A stretch of DNA of 56,578 bases from an uncultured Gammaproteobacteria bacterium (lineage in GTDB: Bacteria > Patescibacteriota > Patescibacteriia > Patescibacteriales > UBA12465): NCBI GenBank assembly GCA_964570655.1, contig CAZMYU010000005.1, positions 1-56,578 on the forward strand, in the 5' to 3' direction. How positions within the stretch are numbered: position 1 is the stretch's first letter; each line of letters opens with the position of its first letter. Both the position numbers and the translations under genes were made by a program. The notes beneath the pieces were generated by a model. That model was given only the letters and a program-made list of their open reading frames with translations. It made no database searches and was not told where the DNA came from. Below are positions 45,638 to 53,945 of this stretch, one piece after another.

Positions 45638-46371
45638 CCAATGAGATGGGGGTCCGCGAAGCCCTAAAACATCATTATCACGACCATCGCCTAGAAAGCT
45701 GCAGTTGTGGCAATGATGATCATTGTCAATGTTATTTTAATAAAATCTTTTTGGGACTTATCTTTTTGTTGGTTGGTTTATTGTATTTAGCCAAGAGTTT
45801 CAATATTCTACCATTTAATTTGAATTTTAATGTTTTGAATTTCTGGCCAGTTTTGATTATTATTATTGGACTCTTCTTGATCAACCGTCAATCCAAATTA
45901 TCTTTGTTTATCGGAATTTTATCAGCCGCGGTTTTTATGATGGTCATCATATTTATTATTAGCTATGTGGATAGCAAATATGATTATAATTTTGAATTAA
46001 ACACCCCGATTGTGGCTCATATCCAAAAAGTCAAAACCACTGTGGAGGGAGAAAATACTATCAAAATTAGCAATATTCGTGGTAATCAATTAATCGTGAG
46101 CCCGCTCACTGTTGAAGGTCAAGCTAAAGGTAATTGGTTTTTTGAGGGCAGCTTCCCAGTCAAACTTTTTGATGAAAATGGCCAAAAATTAGGCGAAGGT
46201 GTAGCCAAGGCCGAAGGGGAATGGACCACTGAAGATTTTGTGAATTTCAAAGCCCAGATTGACTTTATCAAAGCTTCTTCTTCTAAAGGTGTCCTAATTT
46301 TAGAAAAAGATAATCCATCAGGCGATCCAAACAATTCGGAAAAAATGATTATCCCAGTAAACTTCTACTAA
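45571..46371 (+). CDS. LiaF/DUF5668-like TM region plus Gmad2 Ig-like domain
   Basis: IFLGLIFLLVGLLYL...FWPVLIIIIGL; SPLTVEGQAKGNWFFEGSFPV...LILEKDNPSG. Confidence 0.75.
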   Translation: MPKITKGNGAQKTAEPKTFKKIANEMGVREALKHHYHDHRLESCSCGNDDHCQCYFNKIFLGLIFLLVGLLYLAKSFNILPFNLNFNVLNFWPVLIIIIGLFLINRQSKLSLFIGILSAAVFMMVIIFIISYVDSKYDYNFELNTPIVAHIQKVKTTVEGENTIKISNIRGNQLIVSPLTVEGQAKGNWFFEGSFPVKLFDENGQKLGEGVAKAEGEWTTEDFVNFKAQIDFIKASSSKGVLILEKDNPSGDPNNSEKMIIPVNFY

Positions 46372-46386
46372 TACATATTACTCTTC

Positions 46387-46420
46387 AACACCCCATCAAT
46401 TCGATGGGGTGTTTTGTTTT
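46387..46420 (+). terminator. intrinsic terminator
   Basis: AACACCCCATC-aattc-GATGGGGTGTT-TTGTTTT. Confidence 0.85.
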
Positions 46421-46483
46421 ACTTTTGTCTGTCATCCCCAGCACTCCTTCTTGTCACCTTGATTGTTTTTTTACTTATCATCC

Positions 46484-46849
46484 CTAACCCCCTTCTTTGT
46501 CATCCTGGCGAAGGCCAGGATCCAGGTTCAAATTAAATTTCTGACCAAAAGCTAATTCAAATAAGGGTAGGTATAAATCATCCCAGTTAGGGTTGACTTC
46601 TTCTATTAATCTTATCTTCCATTCACGCCTCCAATACTTTAAATCCTTCTCTCTTTTAATAGCTAGACCGATATCACCATAAATTTCATAATAGACTAAT
46701 TTATCAATATTATATTTACTGGTAAAACAATCTGATCTGATTTTCTGTTTATGCTGATAGACTCTATTGATAAGACTGTTAGTTACTCCGATATACAGCG
46801 TGCCGTTTCTTTTACTAGCCAATATGTAGGTATAATATTTCCCCTCCAT
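46484..46849 (-). CDS. stand-alone GIY-YIG nuclease (YhbQ/UPF0213-like)
   Basis: YYTYILASKRNGTLYIGVTNSLINRVYQHK, LVYYE, AIKREKDLK, NPNWDDL. Confidence 0.92.
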   Translation of the reverse strand: MEGKYYTYILASKRNGTLYIGVTNSLINRVYQHKQKIRSDCFTSKYNIDKLVYYEIYGDIGLAIKREKDLKYWRREWKIRLIEEVNPNWDDLYLPLFELAFGQKFNLNLDPGLRQDDKEGG

Positions 46850-46886
46850 ATAATTAACCTGGATCCTGGCCTTCGCCAGGATGACA
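46498..46886. mobile_element. GIY-YIG gene bounded by perfect 31-bp inverted REP repeats
   Basis: 46498-46528 TGTCATCCTGGCGAAGGCCAGGATCCAGGTT is the exact reverse complement of 46856-46886. Confidence 0.7.
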
Positions 46887-46976
46887 GTTTAGAGGGGTAA
46901 TATTAATAAAGATGCTGAAGGGCTGGACACGCAGTGGAGGGGGAATATTAACGGTGAATAAACGATGTTGGCATCC

Positions 46977-47651
46977 TCAGCGACTGGTGTCCAGTTTATA
47001 GCCCCGACCAATAAAGGTATGAATAAGATCGGGTTTGTCAGGTATCCTCATCTTACGCCGTAAACTGCTCATATGAGTCTCGATGGTATTAGACAAAAGA
47101 TCACCGTTGATATCCCAAACATTTTCTAAAATCTGCGTTCGGGACAAAACCTTGCCCCGATTCTTGATCAAAAATTCCAAGATAGCAAATTCCTTCTTGG
47201 TTAATTCTATTTTTTTGGATCCGCGTTTCACTATATATTCATCGCTATCAATTGATAAATCCCCCAGTTTAAAAAAACGCCCCTGGATGTTGAGGGGGCG
47301 ACGGAGAAGGGCTTTGAGATGTAATAGCAATTCGTCAAAGACGAAAGGCTTACTTAGAAAATCATCAATACCTAATTCATATAAATTTTTCTTAGTAGCC
47401 AAATCATTTTTGCCGGTGATAATAATGATTGGTACGGGATTATTATCTTGGCGAATTTCCCGCACTACTTCTGGCCCGGCTTGTTTGGGCAAAATATCGT
47501 TCATAATAATAGCCTGATAAGTATTGGTTCGAGCCAAAAAGGATCCTTGCTCACCATCACTAGCGATATCAACGCTAAAATACCGAGCTTCCAGGCCCGC
47601 TTTTAAAAACTGAGCGACTTCTGGTTGGTCCTCTATTATTAAGAGACGCAT
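46977..47651 (-). CDS. orphan OmpR-family response regulator, atypical acceptor site
   Basis: LIIEDQ receiver and wHTH (LTKKEFAILEFL, NTIETHMSSLRRK, HTFIGRGY); IIMNDILP where LDxxLP is expected. Confidence 0.9.
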   Translation of the reverse strand: MRLLIIEDQPEVAQFLKAGLEARYFSVDIASDGEQGSFLARTNTYQAIIMNDILPKQAGPEVVREIRQDNNPVPIIIITGKNDLATKKNLYELGIDDFLSKPFVFDELLLHLKALLRRPLNIQGRFFKLGDLSIDSDEYIVKRGSKKIELTKKEFAILEFLIKNRGKVLSRTQILENVWDINGDLLSNTIETHMSSLRRKMRIPDKPDLIHTFIGRGYKLDTSR

Positions 47652-47733
47652 AATCTAGATGTTTAAACTTACGGCTATTTAAGCTCAAGCCTCAAAAAAT
47701 GTCAAGAGCTCTAATTTATGCTATAATATTTTC

Positions 47734-49206
47734 ATGATTAAAATACCCAACTTAGCTCGCAATACCTCTTATTTAACCCTGGCCCTCATCGGCCAGAAAA
47801 TTATTACTTTTGCTTATTTTGCTCTCCTGGCTCGACATTTTGGCCCGGAGTTTTTAGGCAAATATTATCTAGCCATCTCAGTGACTACTATTTTTGCTAT
47901 TTTTATTGACCTGGGATTTATCAATTTTTTAACCAGAGAAACTGCCAAAACTCCAGACAAAACCGAACATTTGCTCGGAAATGTGCTCAGCCTCAAAATT
48001 GTCTTGAGTTTTCTAGCGATCATTTTGGTTCTAGTTTTTGCTAATATTTCTGGTTACGACTATTTGACTCGCACTCTCATCTATATCGCCCTAATCTCCA
48101 TGGTTTTGGATTCTTTTAGTACCACTTTTTTGGGGGTCATCCGCGGTTTTCACAATTTGAAATACGAAAGTATTACCGCCATTATCTTTCAATTAATAGT
48201 TTTAGGTGTTGGTGGTTTGGGCATATACCAGCATTGGCCGATTACTCTAATCATGGGGGCTCTAGCCTTGGCCAGTATTTATAATTTTGTCTATACTTGG
48301 CTAATTATTAAAAAGAAATTTAATCTAAAACTACATCTCGTTTTTAATCCCGAGAGTGCCCGATTAATTTTTGTGAGCTCCTGGCCCTTTGCGGTTTTTG
48401 CTATTTGTCAAAGAATCTATACTTATTTGGACTCGGTTTTGCTATCTTTGTTTGCTGGTGACTATTACGTCGGACTTTATCAGGTGGCTTTTAAAATAAT
48501 TTTTGCTCTCCAATTTTTGCCCATGGCTTTTATCGCTTCGCTATATCCAGCCATGAGTTCTTATTGGGTGAGTAATCGTCCCCAACTAAAGATTGCCTTT
48601 GAACGAGCCATGAATTATCTCAGTATTATTTCTTGGCCACTAGTAGCGGGCACCCTAGTTCTAGCTGATCAGATTGTCCTAATTTTCAAAAGTGGTTATA
48701 GCGAAGCCATTTGGCCACTACGAATTACCATCCTAGCTCTGTTTTTTATTTTTTGGAATTTTCCAATTGGTTCTATGCTCAATGCTTGCGACAAACAAAA
48801 ACAAAATACCCGCAATATGATTATTGTCACAATCATTAGCGTAATTTTAAATTTAATTTTAATTCCTTATTACCGAGTCATTGGAGCCGCTATTACGGTC
48901 CTGATCACCAACGCCCTAATGTTTGGCCTCGGAATTTATCAAATTAGAAAAATATTCACTTACCACCCCCATAAAAACCTAATAGTTTGGCTAAAATCGG
49001 GACTAGCGGCCCTGTTTATGGCGTGGGTAATAATTTTCTTAAAAGATTCTACCCCCACTCTGACCTTAATTGTTTTGGGGGCGATAATATATTTTATAAT
49101 GATTTTTATTCTCGGTGGTTTTCAAAAGGCCGACTTATTATATATCTTTAAATCATTTGGAAAAAAATCAAATTCCGAACCAAAAATAGAAAACAATGTC
49201 CAGTAA
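47734..49206 (+). CDS. Wzx-like polysaccharide flippase
   Basis: NLARNTSYL, FIDLGF, DSVLLSLFAGDYYVGLYQVAFKI; 12-14 TM. Confidence 0.88.
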   Translation: MIKIPNLARNTSYLTLALIGQKIITFAYFALLARHFGPEFLGKYYLAISVTTIFAIFIDLGFINFLTRETAKTPDKTEHLLGNVLSLKIVLSFLAIILVLVFANISGYDYLTRTLIYIALISMVLDSFSTTFLGVIRGFHNLKYESITAIIFQLIVLGVGGLGIYQHWPITLIMGALALASIYNFVYTWLIIKKKFNLKLHLVFNPESARLIFVSSWPFAVFAICQRIYTYLDSVLLSLFAGDYYVGLYQVAFKIIFALQFLPMAFIASLYPAMSSYWVSNRPQLKIAFERAMNYLSIISWPLVAGTLVLADQIVLIFKSGYSEAIWPLRITILALFFIFWNFPIGSMLNACDKQKQNTRNMIIVTIISVILNLILIPYYRVIGAAITVLITNALMFGLGIYQIRKIFTYHPHKNLIVWLKSGLAALFMAWVIIFLKDSTPTLTLIVLGAIIYFIMIFILGGFQKADLLYIFKSFGKKSNSEPKIENNVQ

Positions 49207-50224
49207 ACTCAAACCCTTATTAATCACCTTAGAATACCCGCCGTTTAAGGGCGGGGTAGCTTTGTATTATTATAATCTTCATAAATTTTGGCCCGATAAT
49301 AACTTGGAAGTTCTAAGTTTGCGACAAAAATTGAACCCTTGGCAATATTTTTATTATCTGGGACAAATTAAAAAACAAAAATTTAATCACTTAATTGTTG
49401 GACAAATTCTACCTCTAGGAACCGTAGCTTTGTTTTACAAAATTTTTCGCAAAAAATCATATTCTTTGATTTTGCATGGCCTCGATCTCAGTTTGGCTCT
49501 GCGGCACAAAAAAAGACTTACCCGACTTATTTTGAAATCAGCCAAACATATTATTTGTGCCAATTATTTTACTGCTGGCCTGATTTCGGAGTTTAAAGAC
49601 AAAATTCAAGTAGTCAACCCGGGGCTAGATATTGAGGAAGTAGAAAAAAATCTCAACCTAGCGCCAGACATTGATTATCACAAGATAATTCTAATTAGTA
49701 TTGGCCGCTTAGTTAAGAGAAAGGGAATTGATAAGACTATTGAGGCTTTAAAATCATTAGACAAAATGCAAAGCCAAAAAATTGATTATTTAATAATCGG
49801 AACTGGCCCGGATGAAAAATATTTGAAAGATTTAGCTGGCCATTGCCAATTTATAAAATTTTTAGGGGAAGTCGCCGAACTGGAAAAATGGCAATACCTA
49901 AAAAATTGTGATATTTTTATTATGCCCACTCGCAATATTGCTGGTGATTTTGAAGGCTTTGGCACGGTCTATTTAGAGGCTAATTTGGCCAAAAAACCAA
50001 TAATTGCTGGCAAGGCCGGCGGAGTCGGGGATGCCGTAATCAATAATTTAAATGGCCTAATGGTTGATGGTGAAAATACTTCAGAGATTTTAGAAGCCCT
50101 AATGAAATTAATTGACAATCCAGAGCTTCGATGGAAATTAGGGGCCGAAGGTTATGCTCGAGTTAAGATGGATTTTAATTGGCAAAGCCAAGCTCAGAAA
50201 ATATTTAAAATTTTAAACTCCTAA
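49196..50224 (+). CDS. glycosyltransferase family 4
   Basis: YPPFKGGV, SIGRLVKRKG, EGFGTVYLEA (EX7E). Confidence 0.92.
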   Translation: MSSKLKPLLITLEYPPFKGGVALYYYNLHKFWPDNNLEVLSLRQKLNPWQYFYYLGQIKKQKFNHLIVGQILPLGTVALFYKIFRKKSYSLILHGLDLSLALRHKKRLTRLILKSAKHIICANYFTAGLISEFKDKIQVVNPGLDIEEVEKNLNLAPDIDYHKIILISIGRLVKRKGIDKTIEALKSLDKMQSQKIDYLIIGTGPDEKYLKDLAGHCQFIKFLGEVAELEKWQYLKNCDIFIMPTRNIAGDFEGFGTVYLEANLAKKPIIAGKAGGVGDAVINNLNGLMVDGENTSEILEALMKLIDNPELRWKLGAEGYARVKMDFNWQSQAQKIFKILNS

Positions 50225-50230
50225 AGATTT

Positions 50231-50911
50231 ATGATCTCCATAATTATTCCTATTTATAATCAAGCCAACAAATTACTGGCAACTATTTCGGCGCTGGAAG
50301 TGCAAACCTATCAAGATTTTGAAATTATTATTGTCAATGATGGCTCCACAGATAATTTTGCTAAGGTCTCTCAAAAAATTGACATCCCAGTCAAAATTAT
50401 AAACCAAGATCATAAAGGGGCACCAACGGCTCGTAATTTAGGATTTCAAAATTCTAGTGGTGAATATGTTTTGTTTTGCGATGCAGATGCCGTTTTGAAT
50501 TTTCGCGCTCTAGAAAAAATGATGAGTGCCTTACATGATCATCCGGACTGCGCTTATGCTTATGCTGGATTCAAGTTTGGTTGGAAGACTTTTAGACTCT
50601 GGCCCTTTGATGCTGAGCGTCTTAGACGCATGCCTTATATCCACACCATGTCACTCATTCGACGATCGGCTTTTCCGGCGGGTGGTTGGGATGAAAGTTT
50701 GAAAAAACTGCAAGACTGGGATTTGTTTCTAACTATTTTAGAGCAGGGCGGACGAGGATATTTTATTAATGAAATACTTTTTTATGTCAAAAGTGGTGGT
50801 CAAATCAGTGCCTGGTTGCCCGGCTTGGCTTACAAACTTTTACCATTTTTAGGATCAGTTAAAAAATATCAAGAAGCGATGCGGATAGTGAAGGAGAAAC
50901 ATAAACTATGA
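50231..50911 (+). CDS. glycosyltransferase family 2
   Basis: ISIIIPIYNQ, VNDGSTD, ARNLG, FCDAD, QDWDL. Confidence 0.92.
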   Translation: MISIIIPIYNQANKLLATISALEVQTYQDFEIIIVNDGSTDNFAKVSQKIDIPVKIINQDHKGAPTARNLGFQNSSGEYVLFCDADAVLNFRALEKMMSALHDHPDCAYAYAGFKFGWKTFRLWPFDAERLRRMPYIHTMSLIRRSAFPAGGWDESLKKLQDWDLFLTILEQGGRGYFINEILFYVKSGGQISAWLPGLAYKLLPFLGSVKKYQEAMRIVKEKHKL

Positions 50912-51969
50912 ATTCAAGAGAACAAAAATTAAATGCCTTTACATTGATCGAATTATTAGTGGTCATCGCCATCATCGGCATCTTGGCCACCGTTAGCGTT
51001 GTCGCTCTAAATAATGCTCGAGCCAAAAGTCGTGACGCTAAACGACTAGCTGATATCAAGAATATCCAAACCGCTTTAGCGATGTATTATAATGACAAAA
51101 AAGAATACCCCATGACTCTAATTTCTGGCCAGGCTCTCTATGCCACTAGTCTAGATGGCGCTGGTAATGTAGCCACAACCACTTATATAGCTAACATTCC
51201 CACTCCACCGACTCCTGCTGATGGAGCTAATTGTACTACTGCCAGCAACGCTTTGGCTTATTCCACTTCTTCAGATTTGCAATCTTATATACTATCAACC
51301 TGTATATCGTCGCCTCCCCAAACTCAGGCTAGCAGTAGCGGCGCTGCCATTTATATTTCCGACCCAATCCAATCTCAACCTTGTGGGCAATACATAATTG
51401 ATTATGCTGGTCAAAAATATCAAACTATTCAAATTGGCACCCAATGTTGGATGAAAGAAAACTTAAATGTAGGAACAACCGTGGCTATCTCAACTGGCCA
51501 AACCAATAACAGTATTATTGAAAAATATTGCGCCAATGATTTGAATTCTAATTGTTTACTTTACGGTGGTCTTTATAAATGGGATGAAATGATGAATTGG
51601 TCAGTGGTCGAGGGGGCCCAAGGTATTTGTCCACCCGGTTGGCATATTCCCACACTGGCCGAACAAAACATCCTACTAGCTTATACCACCACTCCGGGAC
51701 AAACCTGTGATCCCGCCAGATATGATGCCTGGGGTTGCTCTGGGGCTGGCACAGTCCTACAAAGACCGTCTGGTTTTTATATGACCATGGGCGGTAACTG
51801 CACTGCCGCCGGAGTTTGCGCTTCTCAAGGTTCTTATGGTTACTGGTGGTCATCATATATCGGTGGTAACTCTGGTTACCTGCAGGTATTTTGGACTGGT
51901 TCGGCATCGGTCATGCAACTACATCAAGATAGATCTCTTGGTGTTTCGGCCCGCTGTCTAAAAAATTAA
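50908..51969 (+). CDS. type IV pilin fused to a FISUMP (Fib_succ_major) domain
   Basis: A|FTLIELLVVIAIIGILA..ARAKSRDAKR; YQTIQIGTQCWMKENL, YGGLYKW, QGICPPGWHIP, YWWSS, SARCLKN. Confidence 0.88.
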   Translation: MNSREQKLNAFTLIELLVVIAIIGILATVSVVALNNARAKSRDAKRLADIKNIQTALAMYYNDKKEYPMTLISGQALYATSLDGAGNVATTTYIANIPTPPTPADGANCTTASNALAYSTSSDLQSYILSTCISSPPQTQASSSGAAIYISDPIQSQPCGQYIIDYAGQKYQTIQIGTQCWMKENLNVGTTVAISTGQTNNSIIEKYCANDLNSNCLLYGGLYKWDEMMNWSVVEGAQGICPPGWHIPTLAEQNILLAYTTTPGQTCDPARYDAWGCSGAGTVLQRPSGFYMTMGGNCTAAGVCASQGSYGYWWSSYIGGNSGYLQVFWTGSASVMQLHQDRSLGVSARCLKN

Positions 51970-51972
51970 AAT

Positions 51973-53376
51973 ATGTTCAAAAATCGGGAAAACTTTTTAA
52001 TACTGGGTCTAATAATTCTGGCGGAATTATTTTCTTTTTCGGCGTACTTGGTGCCAGATTTTAAAATCTACGCTTTTGGCATTATTAGTCTCTTGTTTTT
52101 AATTTTAACTATTTACAAATTAGAATACGGAATTTTTATCGCCCTGGCTGAATTATTTATCGGCTCCAAAGGTTATTTGTTTGCTTTGGACATAAACGGA
52201 ATCAACTTATCTATCAGACTAGCTTTTTGGATAATTATTTTAGCTGTTTATATCTCTCAATTTAAAAAAATAAAGTTGAACTGGCCAATTTTAAAACCCT
52301 ATTATCTTTTGGCTTTTTTTGTAGTTATCGGTCTGGTTATTGGTATTATCAATAAACATTCTTGGCCGGATTTGTTTTTTGATTTCAATGGTTGGCTATA
52401 TTTTCTATTGATCTTTCCGATCCTAACTCTAAATTCGGAAAATATCAGTCGTCTCAAAAAGATTTTTTATGTAGCTAGCGCCTGGCTAGCCGTCAAAACA
52501 TTATTTTTAGCTTTTGCTTTTTCCCATAATCTGGGCTCTATCAATTTTGATCTATACAAATGGCTCAGAACTAGTGGAGTAGGGGAGGCCACCGCTATGG
52601 GCGGAGGATTTTTTAGAATCTTTCTGCAATCACAAATTTTCATAGCCGCTGCTTTTATTTTACTATTTGTTAATCTGTGGTTAAATTGGTCGAAGATAAA
52701 AAAAACAGACCGCATCAAAACTGGAATTCTAAGCATTCTTTATCTGTCGGCAATTATTTTTAGTTTGTCTCGTAGTTTTTGGCTGGGAATTGGAATATCA
52801 CTAGTAATCATTAGCCTCATATCTTTTAAATCATATTTTATAAAAGTCGGTCGAGGCTTATTAATTTTTATTAGTTTATTAATTGTGTCGCTCGGTGTGG
52901 TAATAATGGTCATCAAATTTCCAATTCCCGAGCCAGGTAATTTTGATTGGTCCACCCTGTCTAATCGAGCTAATTTATTGAGTTCAGACTCAGCTATTAA
53001 TTCTCGCTATGAATTAGCCAAGGTCTTGTGGCCCGAAATTTTAAAACACCCCCTCTGGGGCGAGGGCTTTGGCCAAACTGTCACCTATAAATCCAACGAC
53101 CCCCGGGTTTTACAAACCAGCCCAAATGGGCTATATACGACCTATGCTTTTGAGTGGGGATACCTAGATATTTGGCTCAAAATTGGCTTATTTGGCCTAC
53201 TTAGCTATCTTTACCTATTATTTAGCCTTTTATCCCAAAAGATGCTAAAATACCCAGGTCTTAGTGCGGTCCTGCTCATGCTCATGGTGGCTAGTATCTT
53301 TACGCCTTATCTAAACCATCCATTGGGCATAGGACTTCTCATTTTTTGCACGCTCCTCTTGTATTTACGGGAATAA
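51973..53376 (+). CDS. O-antigen ligase / O-oligosaccharyltransferase-like (Wzy_C)
   Basis: Many TM helices; SLSRSFW, SAINSR, HPLWGEGFG, WLKIGLFGL. Confidence 0.8.
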   Translation: MFKNRENFLILGLIILAELFSFSAYLVPDFKIYAFGIISLLFLILTIYKLEYGIFIALAELFIGSKGYLFALDINGINLSIRLAFWIIILAVYISQFKKIKLNWPILKPYYLLAFFVVIGLVIGIINKHSWPDLFFDFNGWLYFLLIFPILTLNSENISRLKKIFYVASAWLAVKTLFLAFAFSHNLGSINFDLYKWLRTSGVGEATAMGGGFFRIFLQSQIFIAAAFILLFVNLWLNWSKIKKTDRIKTGILSILYLSAIIFSLSRSFWLGIGISLVIISLISFKSYFIKVGRGLLIFISLLIVSLGVVIMVIKFPIPEPGNFDWSTLSNRANLLSSDSAINSRYELAKVLWPEILKHPLWGEGFGQTVTYKSNDPRVLQTSPNGLYTTYAFEWGYLDIWLKIGLFGLLSYLYLLFSLLSQKMLKYPGLSAVLLMLMVASIFTPYLNHPLGIGLLIFCTLLLYLRE

Positions 53377-53427
53377 TATTGTATTATTTAGACTAAATAA
53401 AATAAAAAAATAAAGTTCAATAAATCT

Positions 53428-53886
53428 ATGGATCAACAAATAATTTCCCGCGAAGGTTATGAGAAGCTAAAAGAAGAGTTAAACTTGCTAAGTACTTTTC
53501 GACGACGAGAAATCGCTGATCGAATTGAAAAAGCCAAAGAGCTCGGCGACCTCAGTGAAAATGCTGAATATGCCGAAGCCAAAGACGCTCAAGCTCTCAA
53601 CGAAGGACGAATTGCTGAACTAATGGGCACTCTCAAAAATGTGGTGGTGGTTGATAATCAAAGCGGCGCTACGGAAGTTACCATGGGTTCCACTGTCAAA
53701 GTCAAAACCGGCGATGTGACCAAAGAATATACGATTGTTAGTTTCAACGAGGCTAGCCCCAGTGATGGCAAGATTTCTAATGAATCACCGCTGGGTATGG
53801 CCTTTATTCACAAAAAGAAAGGCGAAACCGTCACTGTCGAAACCCCTAAAGGAGAAATGAAATATAAAATTGTAGATATCAAATGA
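53428..53886 (+). CDS. greA: transcription elongation factor GreA
   Basis: AKELGDLSENAEY, KISNESPLG. Confidence 0.96.
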   Translation: MDQQIISREGYEKLKEELNLLSTFRRREIADRIEKAKELGDLSENAEYAEAKDAQALNEGRIAELMGTLKNVVVVDNQSGATEVTMGSTVKVKTGDVTKEYTIVSFNEASPSDGKISNESPLGMAFIHKKKGETVTVETPKGEMKYKIVDIK

Positions 53887-53899
53887 CAAACCGCAGGTT

Positions 53900-53928
53900 T
53901 GTCATCCCCAACTCGATTGGGGATCCAG
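53900..53928 (+). repeat. REP variant (29 nt)
   Basis: TGTCATCCCCAACTCGATTGGGGATCCAG between greA and lysS. Confidence 0.85.
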
Positions 53929-53945
53929 TTTTTTAAATAAAACAT

